NCBI GenBank assembly: GCA_964016885.1
Contig: OZ024740.1
Coordinates: 349,060,001 to 349,124,000 of the forward strand
Length of the DNA: 64,000 nucleotides
From: Eledone cirrhosa
Taxonomy: Eukaryota
Direction of reading: 5' to 3'
Shown: positions 53,495 through 64,000 of the stretch, piece by piece
Layout of the letters: each line of letters opens with the position of its first letter
Numbering within the stretch: position 1 is the stretch's first letter
The notes under the pieces: generated by a model
Told to the model about the DNA's origin: nothing
What the model saw: only the letters and a program-made list of their open reading frames with translations
The model's database searches: none
Position numbers and translations under genes: made by a program

Positions 53495-54859
53495 AATGAT
53501 TACATAATACTAATAATATAGAAGCATTGCATGTTTCATACAATTTATGTAATGATATATATGTGGTTAGAATGTCTCAGGAAAGAATGCCTGGACCAGA
53601 TTTTACGGGCAAAACCAACCGGAAGAAGACCCAAGGATATACCCCGAGCAAGATGGCTGGATAACATCCATGAACTTGGCTGGTCGCGCTTGGCTATTAA
53701 GCCGGATTAGCTGCAGACGGTTACTTCTGACAGGACTCGCTGGAAGGAGTAATGATATGAATATATGTTTAATATGTCTAGTATTTCGACGTCAAATTAC
53801 ACGTGTATTCAATTGAATAAGATAGAATTGGTTAATATTGTCTGGATACCACTGTAAAAATATTACTGACGTCATTAGACTAGCGACGTCTAATGTCAAG
53901 AATAAATATTCTTAGATAAGTTTCAGCGTAAAGTATATACTTTAAAATAGAATAAAATAAGACAAGCAATACTTCCAAGTGAACTCAGAAATATAGACAC
54001 TAAAGTGTCATGTTTAAAGAGGTTCATCTAAATACAAATAAAAGAATTGAAAACAAGACTCTACGGAATTTTCATGTTATTTTTATTAAATACAAATAAT
54101 GATCTTTGAATATTAATATGTACAACAAAGGAAAATATATGTATGTTCAATATAATTTATGTATAACCAGGTTTACACAGCATTTAATAAAAGGTAAAAG
54201 TAATTTACACTTATATGTTGTTACTTGAGAGTATAAATTTTTATTATAAAAAATAATCATATATAGTGATTTGGTTCTAAGAGGAAATATATATGAATAA
54301 ATCTAAAAAAGATAATTACTGTTATAATATATCCATACATTTTACCCCGCTTACCACTGCATATATTAAATTCAGACAAATGCGAATACAAATAAATTAT
54401 CCGTATCTCCAGCCCTTTCCTATGTAGGACTATTGATATGGGAATTTTTTTGTTTGCTTGTGTGTATCTATGTGTGTATATACGAAAGAGCGAGTATGTA
54501 TATATGAGATGAAACTGTACTTGCGCAATTGTGTTCCAACCCATGTCGAATTGGGGGAAATAATTGTAAAAATGGAAGTCAGAGGGTATAGAGATGATGA
54601 TTATAATTATCAAGATTTTGAAACAAAATAATATATTGATACTAAGGGAACAATATTGGTAGATGCACTGTAATATTAAATCGTTGAAATTCTTTAAATA
54701 TACAGATATCTTTGAAATAATATTTGAAAAATATTACATATTTTAAAAGAAGTAAAAAGATATAAAAATAATATAACCACATGGTGGCCAACAAATATTC
54801 ATAACATTATGAGACACCTTCGCGTTACATCGCAGTTTAAAATTTGGTAGTTCATTGCT

Positions 54860-55387
54860 TTACGACACATAATCGTTTCCATTTCCCTCAGTTGTCACAT
54901 CAACTTTCCGTGCACAAACACAGGCTGTTGCCACCTCTATTACACTTGGACTATAGACATACAGTCCATCAACACATTTATCTGTACGATTGAGGACTGT
55001 CATTTTAGTATACACTGCCACACATTGGTGATTGTTGTCAGAGCCTAGACAGTCTGTACAACGACACACTACCTCTGTACGTGATGGAGGGAAGACTGTT
55101 GAATTATGGGTAATCTTCAGGTACCAAGGGCAAGTTGAACGTTCACTGATGATATCAGAGGAAAGAGCAGATGTTGGACAAGTTTTATCTCCCTCTGTGA
55201 GTATAGGATGATTACTTTCTGCTGGAGCCATTTCAGCCGGTAGAAAGAAATTGTTGCCAATGGCTGCACTGGATAAACTCTCGTAGCGGACTTTCAAATT
55301 AGTTGGTATTTCACATTGACCCTGGATTGGTGCCGAAGACGTGATGAAAATGTAGTTGAACATCAGGATTAAAATCTGGATAAGGCC
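54860..55387 (-). CDS. IL17: IL-17-like cytokine gene A', coding exon 2
   Basis: Six amino-acid differences from gene A; same acceptor. Confidence 0.95.
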   Translation of the reverse strand, partial: GLIQILILMFNYIFITSSAPIQGQCEIPTNLKVRYESLSSAAIGNNFFLPAEMAPAESNHPILTEGDKTCPTSALSSDIISERSTCPWYLKITHNSTVFPPSRTEVVCRCTDCLGSDNNHQCVAVYTKMTVLNRTDKCVDGLYVYSPSVIEVATACVCARKVDVTTEGNGNDYVS

Positions 55388-56025
55388 CTGTAAGAATGAA
55401 AATGTTTTATTTTAAAGTGCAAAACGTATCTAGATGAGTCATATACAACAGCCCTTTTAGAATATGTTGAAAACAAGATTAACTTAAATGTGAACCAACA
55501 TCTTGCATCTGAATCCACCCTCAAAGCTGAGTATAGCTACACTATGAAAAGGGTCGAAGACTTTAAGTACTGCGGGTCCTGGATCATAAATTCTGGGAAG
55601 GTATTTTCCACCAGAAAAGCCCAAACAAAGTCAGCTTGCAGATGTTAGACCACATTTGGCGTTGCAGTCTTCCTAACTCTTTGAAAGTCTAGCTTTTCCA
55701 AGTCCAAATCCAGCCAATCCTACTCTTATATCCAGATGTCATAATCAAGGATTTTAATGTTCACATTCAGGATTGGTGGCTAACTTGAGCGACAGACCCA
55801 CGTCTGTCGTTGAGTTTATTTCGGCCGAGGTCGCAGGGTGATGAACTAGTACGATTCTGTAATTAATATAATTTGCATTCGCAATGACCAAAGATAATAA
55901 AGGTAAATTTAGTGTGAATAGTTACTGACTATCTCAATTGCTTTGGCATATACATACACACCCATGCACAATCTCCCAAACGCACAAGCACAAATACATA
56001 CAAACATACATACTCATACACACAC

Positions 56026-56234
<209 letters not shown>

Positions 56235-56294
56235 GGATGTAAACATGACAACATACAGAAATATATAAGATATCGTTAATTTAAGTTTACTTAC

Positions 56295-56306
56295 TGTAGT
56301 TATCAT
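56295..56306 (-). CDS. IL17: IL-17-like gene A', coding exon 1 (MITT)
   Basis: ATG ATA ACT ACA|gtaagt. Confidence 0.8.
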
Positions 56307-59300
56307 TATACTGCTTGTGTTCACTTGGAATTGGATAAAGAATACAACTGTATGAAATTATAACACTTGTGTCTTAGTTTCTCATGCGATGTACCTTCTT
56401 AATGATACCTTCAGACATAAGTTGTTTTTTTATATACAGTATTTGAGACCGGAAAATATGACGTTACACATAGGTAAGTAAAAGTATTTGAATAAATTAA
56501 ATACGGACGGAAATACGGACGGAACTAGCAAGTATCTGAAGTGGTAATAAATACATGTGTGTGTCATGTTACACTTACTTTTGGCTTTTCCAGCTTTTGT
56601 CATAATACGTTTCCCGGATTATTTAATATGACCTATATAACTACTGCCCACTCATTCGATAACATAATAGAGAAAAGAATAATCACTTACCTGTTGTAGT
56701 ATTTCTATTTTTAGTATTTTATATATTTAAAAAATAAATAATCGATAAAGTCGCTATATTTTTCAGTTAATTAAAGCAAAGTAAAAACTGCATTTCTCAG
56801 AATAGGCTTTCATCTTGAAAGACTCAAATATCTTCATCTCGGAGTAGCTGTTGACAAATAACGTGAAATGATAATTTTCTAAGCTTATAATATTTTACAT
56901 ATGTAAGAAAATAATGTTTCTTTTGTAAAAGTAAACTCTAAAAAACGATATAATGTTAACGTACAAAATAATACTTTATTATGTAAAATTGTCAATTATA
57001 CATAAACAGTTCGCTCATTAATGCAATATAATACAAAAGAATGTCTGAAAAGAAGCCTATTTCTGATTTTACAGTCGGTGAGTGGTACCCAAGTATGAGC
57101 ACAATGGTACAAATTATAGCAACAATGGTACAAATTATTTAATAGTAACCATAAAATATGGTATATTTGAAGATATTTAATAATTAGAGTAACATTATTA
57201 GTGTTCCAATCATATAACATAAAAATTTCAAACGAAACTAGCATGATTATTTTTGCTGTAGTGTGAATTTGTTGCGAATAACTCGAAACAGTTGTGTTTG
57301 TGGGCGTTTGTTAATATTGCACGTGTGAGTTTATTTTAATTGTTCTGTTTCATATATTAAAGTGTCTGCTTTTATTTCTAGACTTTCATTCACTATTTTT
57401 CTGTTTCTGGCGTATGTGTGTATATGTGTGCTTGTATATGCGTGTGAGCGTGTGCGTGTGTGTGTTTGTTTGTGTGCTTGTGTTGTATATGAGAGTGCAT
57501 TATCATCTCATATTCGTTAACATATTTCTGAATCTAATGATATAATATGTGCGCGTGCCATTTGCTGTGCTCTGAATCATTAAGTGATAAAATATATACA
57601 TGTATTCTTTTATAGTTGAATTAATTTACTAGTCTAAGATTTTGCTCAGTAGCCACGCTGGGGTAGGTCGTTCACGAAGATTTATCAATCCCAGTATTTA
57701 TTAAAACAGTCATTACAACATTTCAACAAGAGATAGTAATTAGGAGAAAGAGTCAAACAAGGAATGAGAAATGAAAGCATGACAACAAAATATATGAACA
57801 CCCGAAATAGCTACGTATGAACTAGCAGATGCATAAAGGATTAAATAATTATACCACAACATTGGAAGAACTCATTATAAGATCAGAAGTCTACTAAAGA
57901 CATTGGTGTCTCATTTAAATCTGGTTGCCGTTCCTACCAATCAGCCATTTCCATGTTAGGCAATCAGTCCCAATATGTGCATTTAAATCTCCCTGTAGTA
58001 TATAAGACTATATTACTGCTAACACTGCAGTGACTTCATCAAAGAAGGATCTGATCGTGTTCTATATTTGGTGCATCAACTTGCATATCATCTATCCCGA
58101 TAGAATTCATTCTATAACATATTCTGACAGCAGGGGAATTTTGAGGAATCCCCGTTTCTGTCACCACACATGAATACTGGAGTTTTCCTCCTCCATGCAA
58201 AATCTACCGACTTTAGGGTTTAGATGAAATCCAGCTTTATATTGGCAAAAAACATTTTCTGGCTTCGTAATAATACGTCCCAGTCTTTATCTGCTATCGC
58301 TAACTCATCAGGAGTCTCTTCTCACTGCGGCGTGCATCCTCAAAAGGTGTAAAAAATCCAGTCACAACAATATATTCTGATGTACATAAGGTGCATGTAG
58401 GGTCGAAGAAATACATCTTGGTGGCTGCAATCAAGAGCAATTAAAGCGCTCAAAAGAGGCTCTGCTTCTTAGGAAGATGAATTTCGGCCCGCGATGTTAA
58501 ATTCCTTAAATTGAGAAAGTATATTCTGCTCGTGCCAATACGTGTGTTGCAGCAGGCCTGGATTTCTTGAAAGGCACCAAGCGTTGTCAATAGGGGGAGA
58601 GAATCCCAATTTTTTAAAAGGCAAAACAAGAAGGCTTACTCTTTTACAAAAGAATGTTCTTGTTAAGCCTCGCCGGTAAAGTCTAAATTAAGTGTCTGGC
58701 AAAGCAATTTATGGGTATTTTTTAGCCTAATCTAGCTGAGAAACAGTGATCTTTGCCCCATATGTAACTAAGACGACCAAATATTCCCACTGTGGCAGGT
58801 ATTCATGGTCTTATGTATGTTTGTTTCGTGAACATAAAAAAAGAATACGACCAAGCTCTAATATTTTGCAGGAATGTGAGATCGACGGACGGTTTCTTGT
58901 TGCTTTGAAGATCCTATTCGAATCACAAGTATTTGTGTCCGAATAAAATTCGAAACCATTTAAAGATGGTGTCTGAAGCTGGATGTTGGAATTGTTTCAG
59001 AAAATGTTTACATATCTCATAAATTACAGAGAAAGGCTAAAGGATTTATAAACCCATTAAATATTTAGCCTAAGTAATTTGCTAGCTTGGAAAAAGGTTA
59101 TAACAAGAATTTGGACTGTTCATAATTTTGTACTGGTTTATTCTGAGGGGTATAAAAAATAAGTGCTAAGAATAAAATAAGCAGGAATGGATACAAATAA
59201 CTTAAGAACTGAATTTTCCAGAAATAGTGTTAAAGAAATATTAATGCCTTATATAATAAGTTATCTTATTATACCTTTAATAATAAGTTATCTACATTGC

Positions 59301-59650
59301 TTGATAATATCCGATACAAACGTAGGGAAATACCTTTGTATCATTCAGATTAAATTTAAATTGTTTTAAACTTAGCCTCATTGTTAGATTAAGTGTTTAA
59401 GCATTCTAACAATGTACAATTTCTATCATCATATATTTGAGTTATGAGAAACACTTACCTTAAGTAGACACTCGTTATATCCACATTCATAAGAGACAAG
59501 TACTATCAACATAAACAACATCGTATGAAAGTATGGGTTCAGTCAGTTAGCTATGCAGAAGTAATGACTGACATTAAATATGAGACGCAAACATACACAC
59601 ACACATAATACACACACACACTCACAAACACACACATACATAGACACCCA

Positions 59651-59706
<56 letters not shown>

Positions 59707-59726
59707 CTGAATTTTTCGAATATTAA

Positions 59727-59912
59727 TAATTGTTTCTACTTTAGGCACAAGGCCAGCAATTATCCACTGCATTACTGGTACTTTATTTTATAGACCCCGT
59801 AAGGATGAAAGGCAAAGTCAACCTCGGCGGGATTTGAACTCAGATCGTAAAGGGACGTAACTATGATGGAAAGCATGGCGTCCGAACCTCTACCGATACT
59901 GCCTATCCACCG
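59727..59912 (-). mobile_element. tRNA-derived SINE
   Basis: Counterpart of 22083..22268. Confidence 0.9.
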
Positions 59913-60011
59913 AATATTAATAATAATACTCGATTCGTTTGCAATTATGCAAACAGCCCTCAATTTGTATAGCCATGTCAGTAGAATGAACCCTTCATTC
60001 TTGCTCTTGTG

Positions 60012-60091
60012 TTGGCATGTGAACAGAAATGCAGACACTAATGTTTCTAGGTACCATCCTTCATCAGTACAGCTCACAGTTCACTTGCCAA
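60012..60091 (-). ncRNA. Hammerhead ribozyme-like motif (copy of 22368..22447)
   Basis: Same sequence. Confidence 0.6.
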
Positions 60092-60458
60092 ACTGTCAGA
60101 GCTAGGGAAAATATATGCTATTTTCAAAAAATACACAGTGACTGATCGGCCTGATTTGCATATTAGTAGACTGGCTGATCAGTCAGATCTGCATATTAGC
60201 AGATTCACTGATCAGCCAGATTTTCATATCAGCAGACTGGCCAGTTAGTTTCCTGTATACGAGCGATAAATGGCAAGCTTTGCCAAATTCAAATAGAAAA
60301 GAAAATGTTCGCTCTACATGGCTGAATACAATGAATGTAATCTGAGTTTTTCGAAAATTAATAATAACATTCGATTCGTTTGCAATTATGTAAACAACCC
60401 TCAATTGTATAGCCATGTCAGTAGAATGAACCCTTCATTCTTGCTCTTGTTTTGGCAT

Positions 60459-60524
60459 GTGAACAGAACTGCAGACACTAATGTTTCTGGGTATCACCCT
60501 TCATCAGTACAGCTCACTGTTCAC
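60459..60524 (-). ncRNA. Type I hammerhead ribozyme (copy of 22815..22880)
   Basis: Same sequence. Confidence 0.72.
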
Positions 60525-61938
60525 CTGCTAAATCTGGCTGATCAGTTGATCTGCTAATATGCAGATCTGACTGATCAGCCAGTTTGCTAATATGCAAATC
60601 AGGCCGATCAGTGTATTTTTGAAAATAGCATATATTTTCACTAGCTCTGCCAGTTTACTCATTGGCAGGTTACTCAAGTATAAAGTTGAATAGAATTGTG
60701 TTGAATGATATCTGTTGGATAAATATCATTTGGAAAAGTAACAGTATTAGATATGAACCAGTACTTAATGATGTCGTTATATCAACACTATCTAATTTTC
60801 CATGAAGAAAGAGTAGTTGTTTTTAAATCAACTTCGTTTTTTATAAGTATGAAGATACATCATTGAATATATATATTAAAAGTAGGATAAAAAAACACAG
60901 GCAATATATATTCCTAAGTAAACTCAGAAATGTAGATAAGATGGAAGAGATGTTAAATAAAATATAAGTTGAAGAATGGAACACAAAAGATATGAGTAGC
61001 AATGATTTTTAGAATATTATATTTATTAAAATACAAATAATTATTTTTCAAATATTAATATTTATAACAAATGAAAGTATATCTATTGTCGTTCAAGTAG
61101 TTAAAAAACATTGTATAGCATATAATCAAAAATAATTTAATGTGTTACTCGAGAGTATCAAAGACTAATATAAAGATGTACAGCCATAATTGTTTCTACT
61201 TTTATGTTATATAAATATGAGTGAATGTCAATTTACTAAGTTTTATGTCGGATACAATATAATGACATATTCTAGGATGCGAAACGGAATATAATTGCTA
61301 CTTATCTTATCAAACTAGAGCGAAAGATCAGTAACGTAATACACAACGTTATTTAAACTCAGCATTTGACGGCTCGTTATTAAGTAACACGACATATTTT
61401 GTTTCTTGATCTACCAAATCTGGAAAACTCAACACAAGTTGTGTAATATACGCAATTTAACCGTACTGCGTTTATCAGTTAAATCGTGGAAAGGATTTTC
61501 AATGACACAATGGAAAATCATTAAAAAGATATACGGGTATAAATATATAATCCATATTCCAGTAACTTATCTCAAGTAAACAGAGGAATGTGGGAGAATT
61601 AATATGTGAATATGATTGTATCTATGTACATCTATGTGTACTTTGCGCAATTGCGTATAAGATATTATTTGTCCAGATGCTCCCATCCATGCCAGCATGA
61701 TGGTGATGTTGAGAATGATGATTATGGAGAAACTAAATACATTAATGCCTTTTAGATCGCAATATTGGTGTCTATGTTAGAACATTAAATATGTTTGTTG
61801 AATTTCATTAAATACTGAAATATTTAGAAAATCCATATATATGGTATATTTACATATGTTGTAAGATGTTAAAATACATAAAACTATTATGAGAAATATG
61901 TTTGTCCACAAAGTTCAATACTATGAATTGATTTTCTG

Positions 61939-62487
61939 TTACACGCTGTTAGAAATGGTTTGGCTGTTATACGACTCATAATCCTTTTCATTTCCTTGAG
62001 TTATCACATTAACTTTCCGAGCACAAACACAGGCTGTTGCCACCTTTATTACATTTGGACTATACATGTACAGTCCATCAATACATTTATCTGTACGTTT
62101 GAGTATCGTCATGTTAGTGATTACTGAGGTACATTGGTAATTTTGATAAGAGCCTATACAATCGTTACAGCGACACACTACTTCTGTCCGTGATGGAGGG
62201 AAGACTGTTGAATCATGTGTAATCTTCAGGTACCAAGGGCAAGTCGATCTTTCACTGATGTTATCAGAAGAAAGATCAGATATGTTAGCCTGATCTGTTA
62301 GTTGTAGCTGGTCACTTTCAGCTGAAGCCTTTTCTGCCGGTAGAAAAAAGTGATTGCCAATTGCTGCACTGGACAGTCTCTCGTAGCGGACTTTCAAATC
62401 AGTGGGTATTCCACATAGTCCCTTGATTGGGGTCGAAGATGTAATGAAGATATAGATGAATAGAAAGATCATAATCTCTATGAGAAC
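61939..62487 (-). CDS. IL17: IL-17-like cytokine gene B', coding exon 2 (exon 1 lies right of the window)
   Basis: Near-identical to gene B; two residues longer. Confidence 0.95.
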   Translation of the reverse strand, partial: VLIEIMIFLFIYIFITSSTPIKGLCGIPTDLKVRYERLSSAAIGNHFFLPAEKASAESDQLQLTDQANISDLSSDNISERSTCPWYLKITHDSTVFPPSRTEVVCRCNDCIGSYQNYQCTSVITNMTILKRTDKCIDGLYMYSPNVIKVATACVCARKVNVITQGNEKDYESYNSQTISNSV

Positions 62488-62874
62488 CTGTAAGGTAGAA
62501 ACATTTCAATCAAATAAAGTTAAATGTTTTTAATATGATAGTAATGCATCGTGATAAATTAATGTACGAACAACAAATTATTTTTTAAATATATATCAAG
62601 ATAACAGGAACTATATTAAGTGTTCATTTTAAGTATAAAATGAGTGGCCTTATATATTGCACGTTATGGTAGTCATATAATGTGCTATATATTTTTAACT
62701 GGGAATAAATAATAAAACAGCAAGCCGCTTTATATGTTTTAGGAGAAACAGAGAGAATGTTAGGAAGATTTAAAATAGAGAAAAGAATGAGATTAGATCG
62801 TTACATGTGCGGTACTTTATGTAATAGTAAGATGAACGCAGCAACTTTATTCAACCATTTGAAATTGGATTATA

Positions 62875-63060
62875 TAATTGTTTCTACTTTTGGCACAAGG
62901 CCAGCAATTATCCCAGTGTATTACTGGTACTTTATTTTATCGACCCCGTAAGGATGAAAGGCAAAGTTAACCTCGGCGGGATTTGAACTCAGTCCGTAAA
63001 GGGACGTAACTGTGCTACAAAGCATGGCGTCCGACCCTCTACCGATACTGCCAATCCACC
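62875..63060 (-). mobile_element. tRNA-derived SINE
   Basis: Counterpart of 25232..25417. Confidence 0.9.
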
Positions 63061-63531
63061 TAAATTGGATTATATAATGGTTGCGTATAAATCAATGAAA
63101 TGAAGAAATAAGAGAAATTACGAATGAGCGGCTCACTCTACACCAGAGTCGGGGGGGGGGGTATGTCTCTGCAGCCTCCCACAGACAAAAGGGCGAAAAT
63201 ATTGCTGCGAATTACATCCTGCGAGAGTTACAGCGGAATTGCCTTGTTTTGTGGTCGAAATGATATAGCTAGTAGGGAAGAACCTGTCGCAATACATATT
63301 GTGATAGGTTAGTGATTTACTCCTCTCCAACAGTAGGAGGATTAACATGTCTGGGCTCTCAACATCACCATGGTCAAGACCGACGGGCTCTATTTATGGC
63401 TATTCTAACTTAAACAAGTCTTCTTACAAAGGTAACGCACACTATCTAGCCTATAGTTAAGGAATGAAATCCATGCTGTAAATTAATTTTTTTATAAGGA
63501 AATGGAGATAAATACACTTTCATTATAATAA

Positions 63532-64000
63532 ACTAGCAGTGGTACCCGGCGTTGCACGGGATAAGGTATTTTGGAACGTGGGCCGCCAACAGACCTAATC
63601 CTAGAAAAACTGCATGCGTGGACAATATGTAAAGAAAATAAATCGAATACTCTGATGGCTGAATAATGTTTAAAATTTTCCTCGATGAGGCAGGGCAAAT
63701 GCAGGTTTTCACCTAATGCGGGCCCTAGGGGATCATTTTTTTTATGTGCATAATATGCCTTTAAATTTCGGGAAAATCGGCTAGAGTTAACGCCTCAAAA
63801 AAGCCCTAAAATGCTGAAAAAATGAAGTTTTTCACCTAATGCGGGCCCCTTGGTCATGAAAAAGTTGGATTTTCTTTGCTCACGGTATGAAGAAGAGACT
63901 GACTAATACATAGTTACAATTTCAAGGAAATCAGTCTGACGTAACGACTCAAAAAAAAACTAGAAACATGAAAAAATGCAGTTTTTCAATTAATGCGGGC
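63532..64000 (+). mobile_element. HINE/Helitron-like element (runs off the window)
   Basis: Counterpart of 25888..26356. Confidence 0.7.

Overview
AT-rich, microsatellite- and transposon-rich animal DNA. The SINEs and gene content point to a cephalopod, probably Octopus (inference). The window is a tandem cluster of two-exon interleukin-17-like genes, all on the minus strand. Each has a 4-5 codon first exon (GTAAGT donor) and one large phase-0 second exon encoding the rest of the signal peptide and the cystine-knot domain. It covers about 1.6 turns of a ~38-39 kb repeat: 1..26356 recurs near-identically at 39355..64000. Each unit holds genes C, A and B, an IL-17 pseudogene and the 3'-end relic of a deleted locus. 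The two unit copies differ by reciprocal transposon insertions. The largest is a Penelope-like element (RT + GIY-YIG) with a 1.36 kb inverted terminal copy in the intron of gene A. Not visible in the ORF track are eight type I hammerhead-ribozyme motifs from three element families, in IL-17 introns and just downstream of gene B. The IL-17 exons also show signs of gene conversion and an excess of amino-acid changes between copies. All coordinates and difference counts are by eye.
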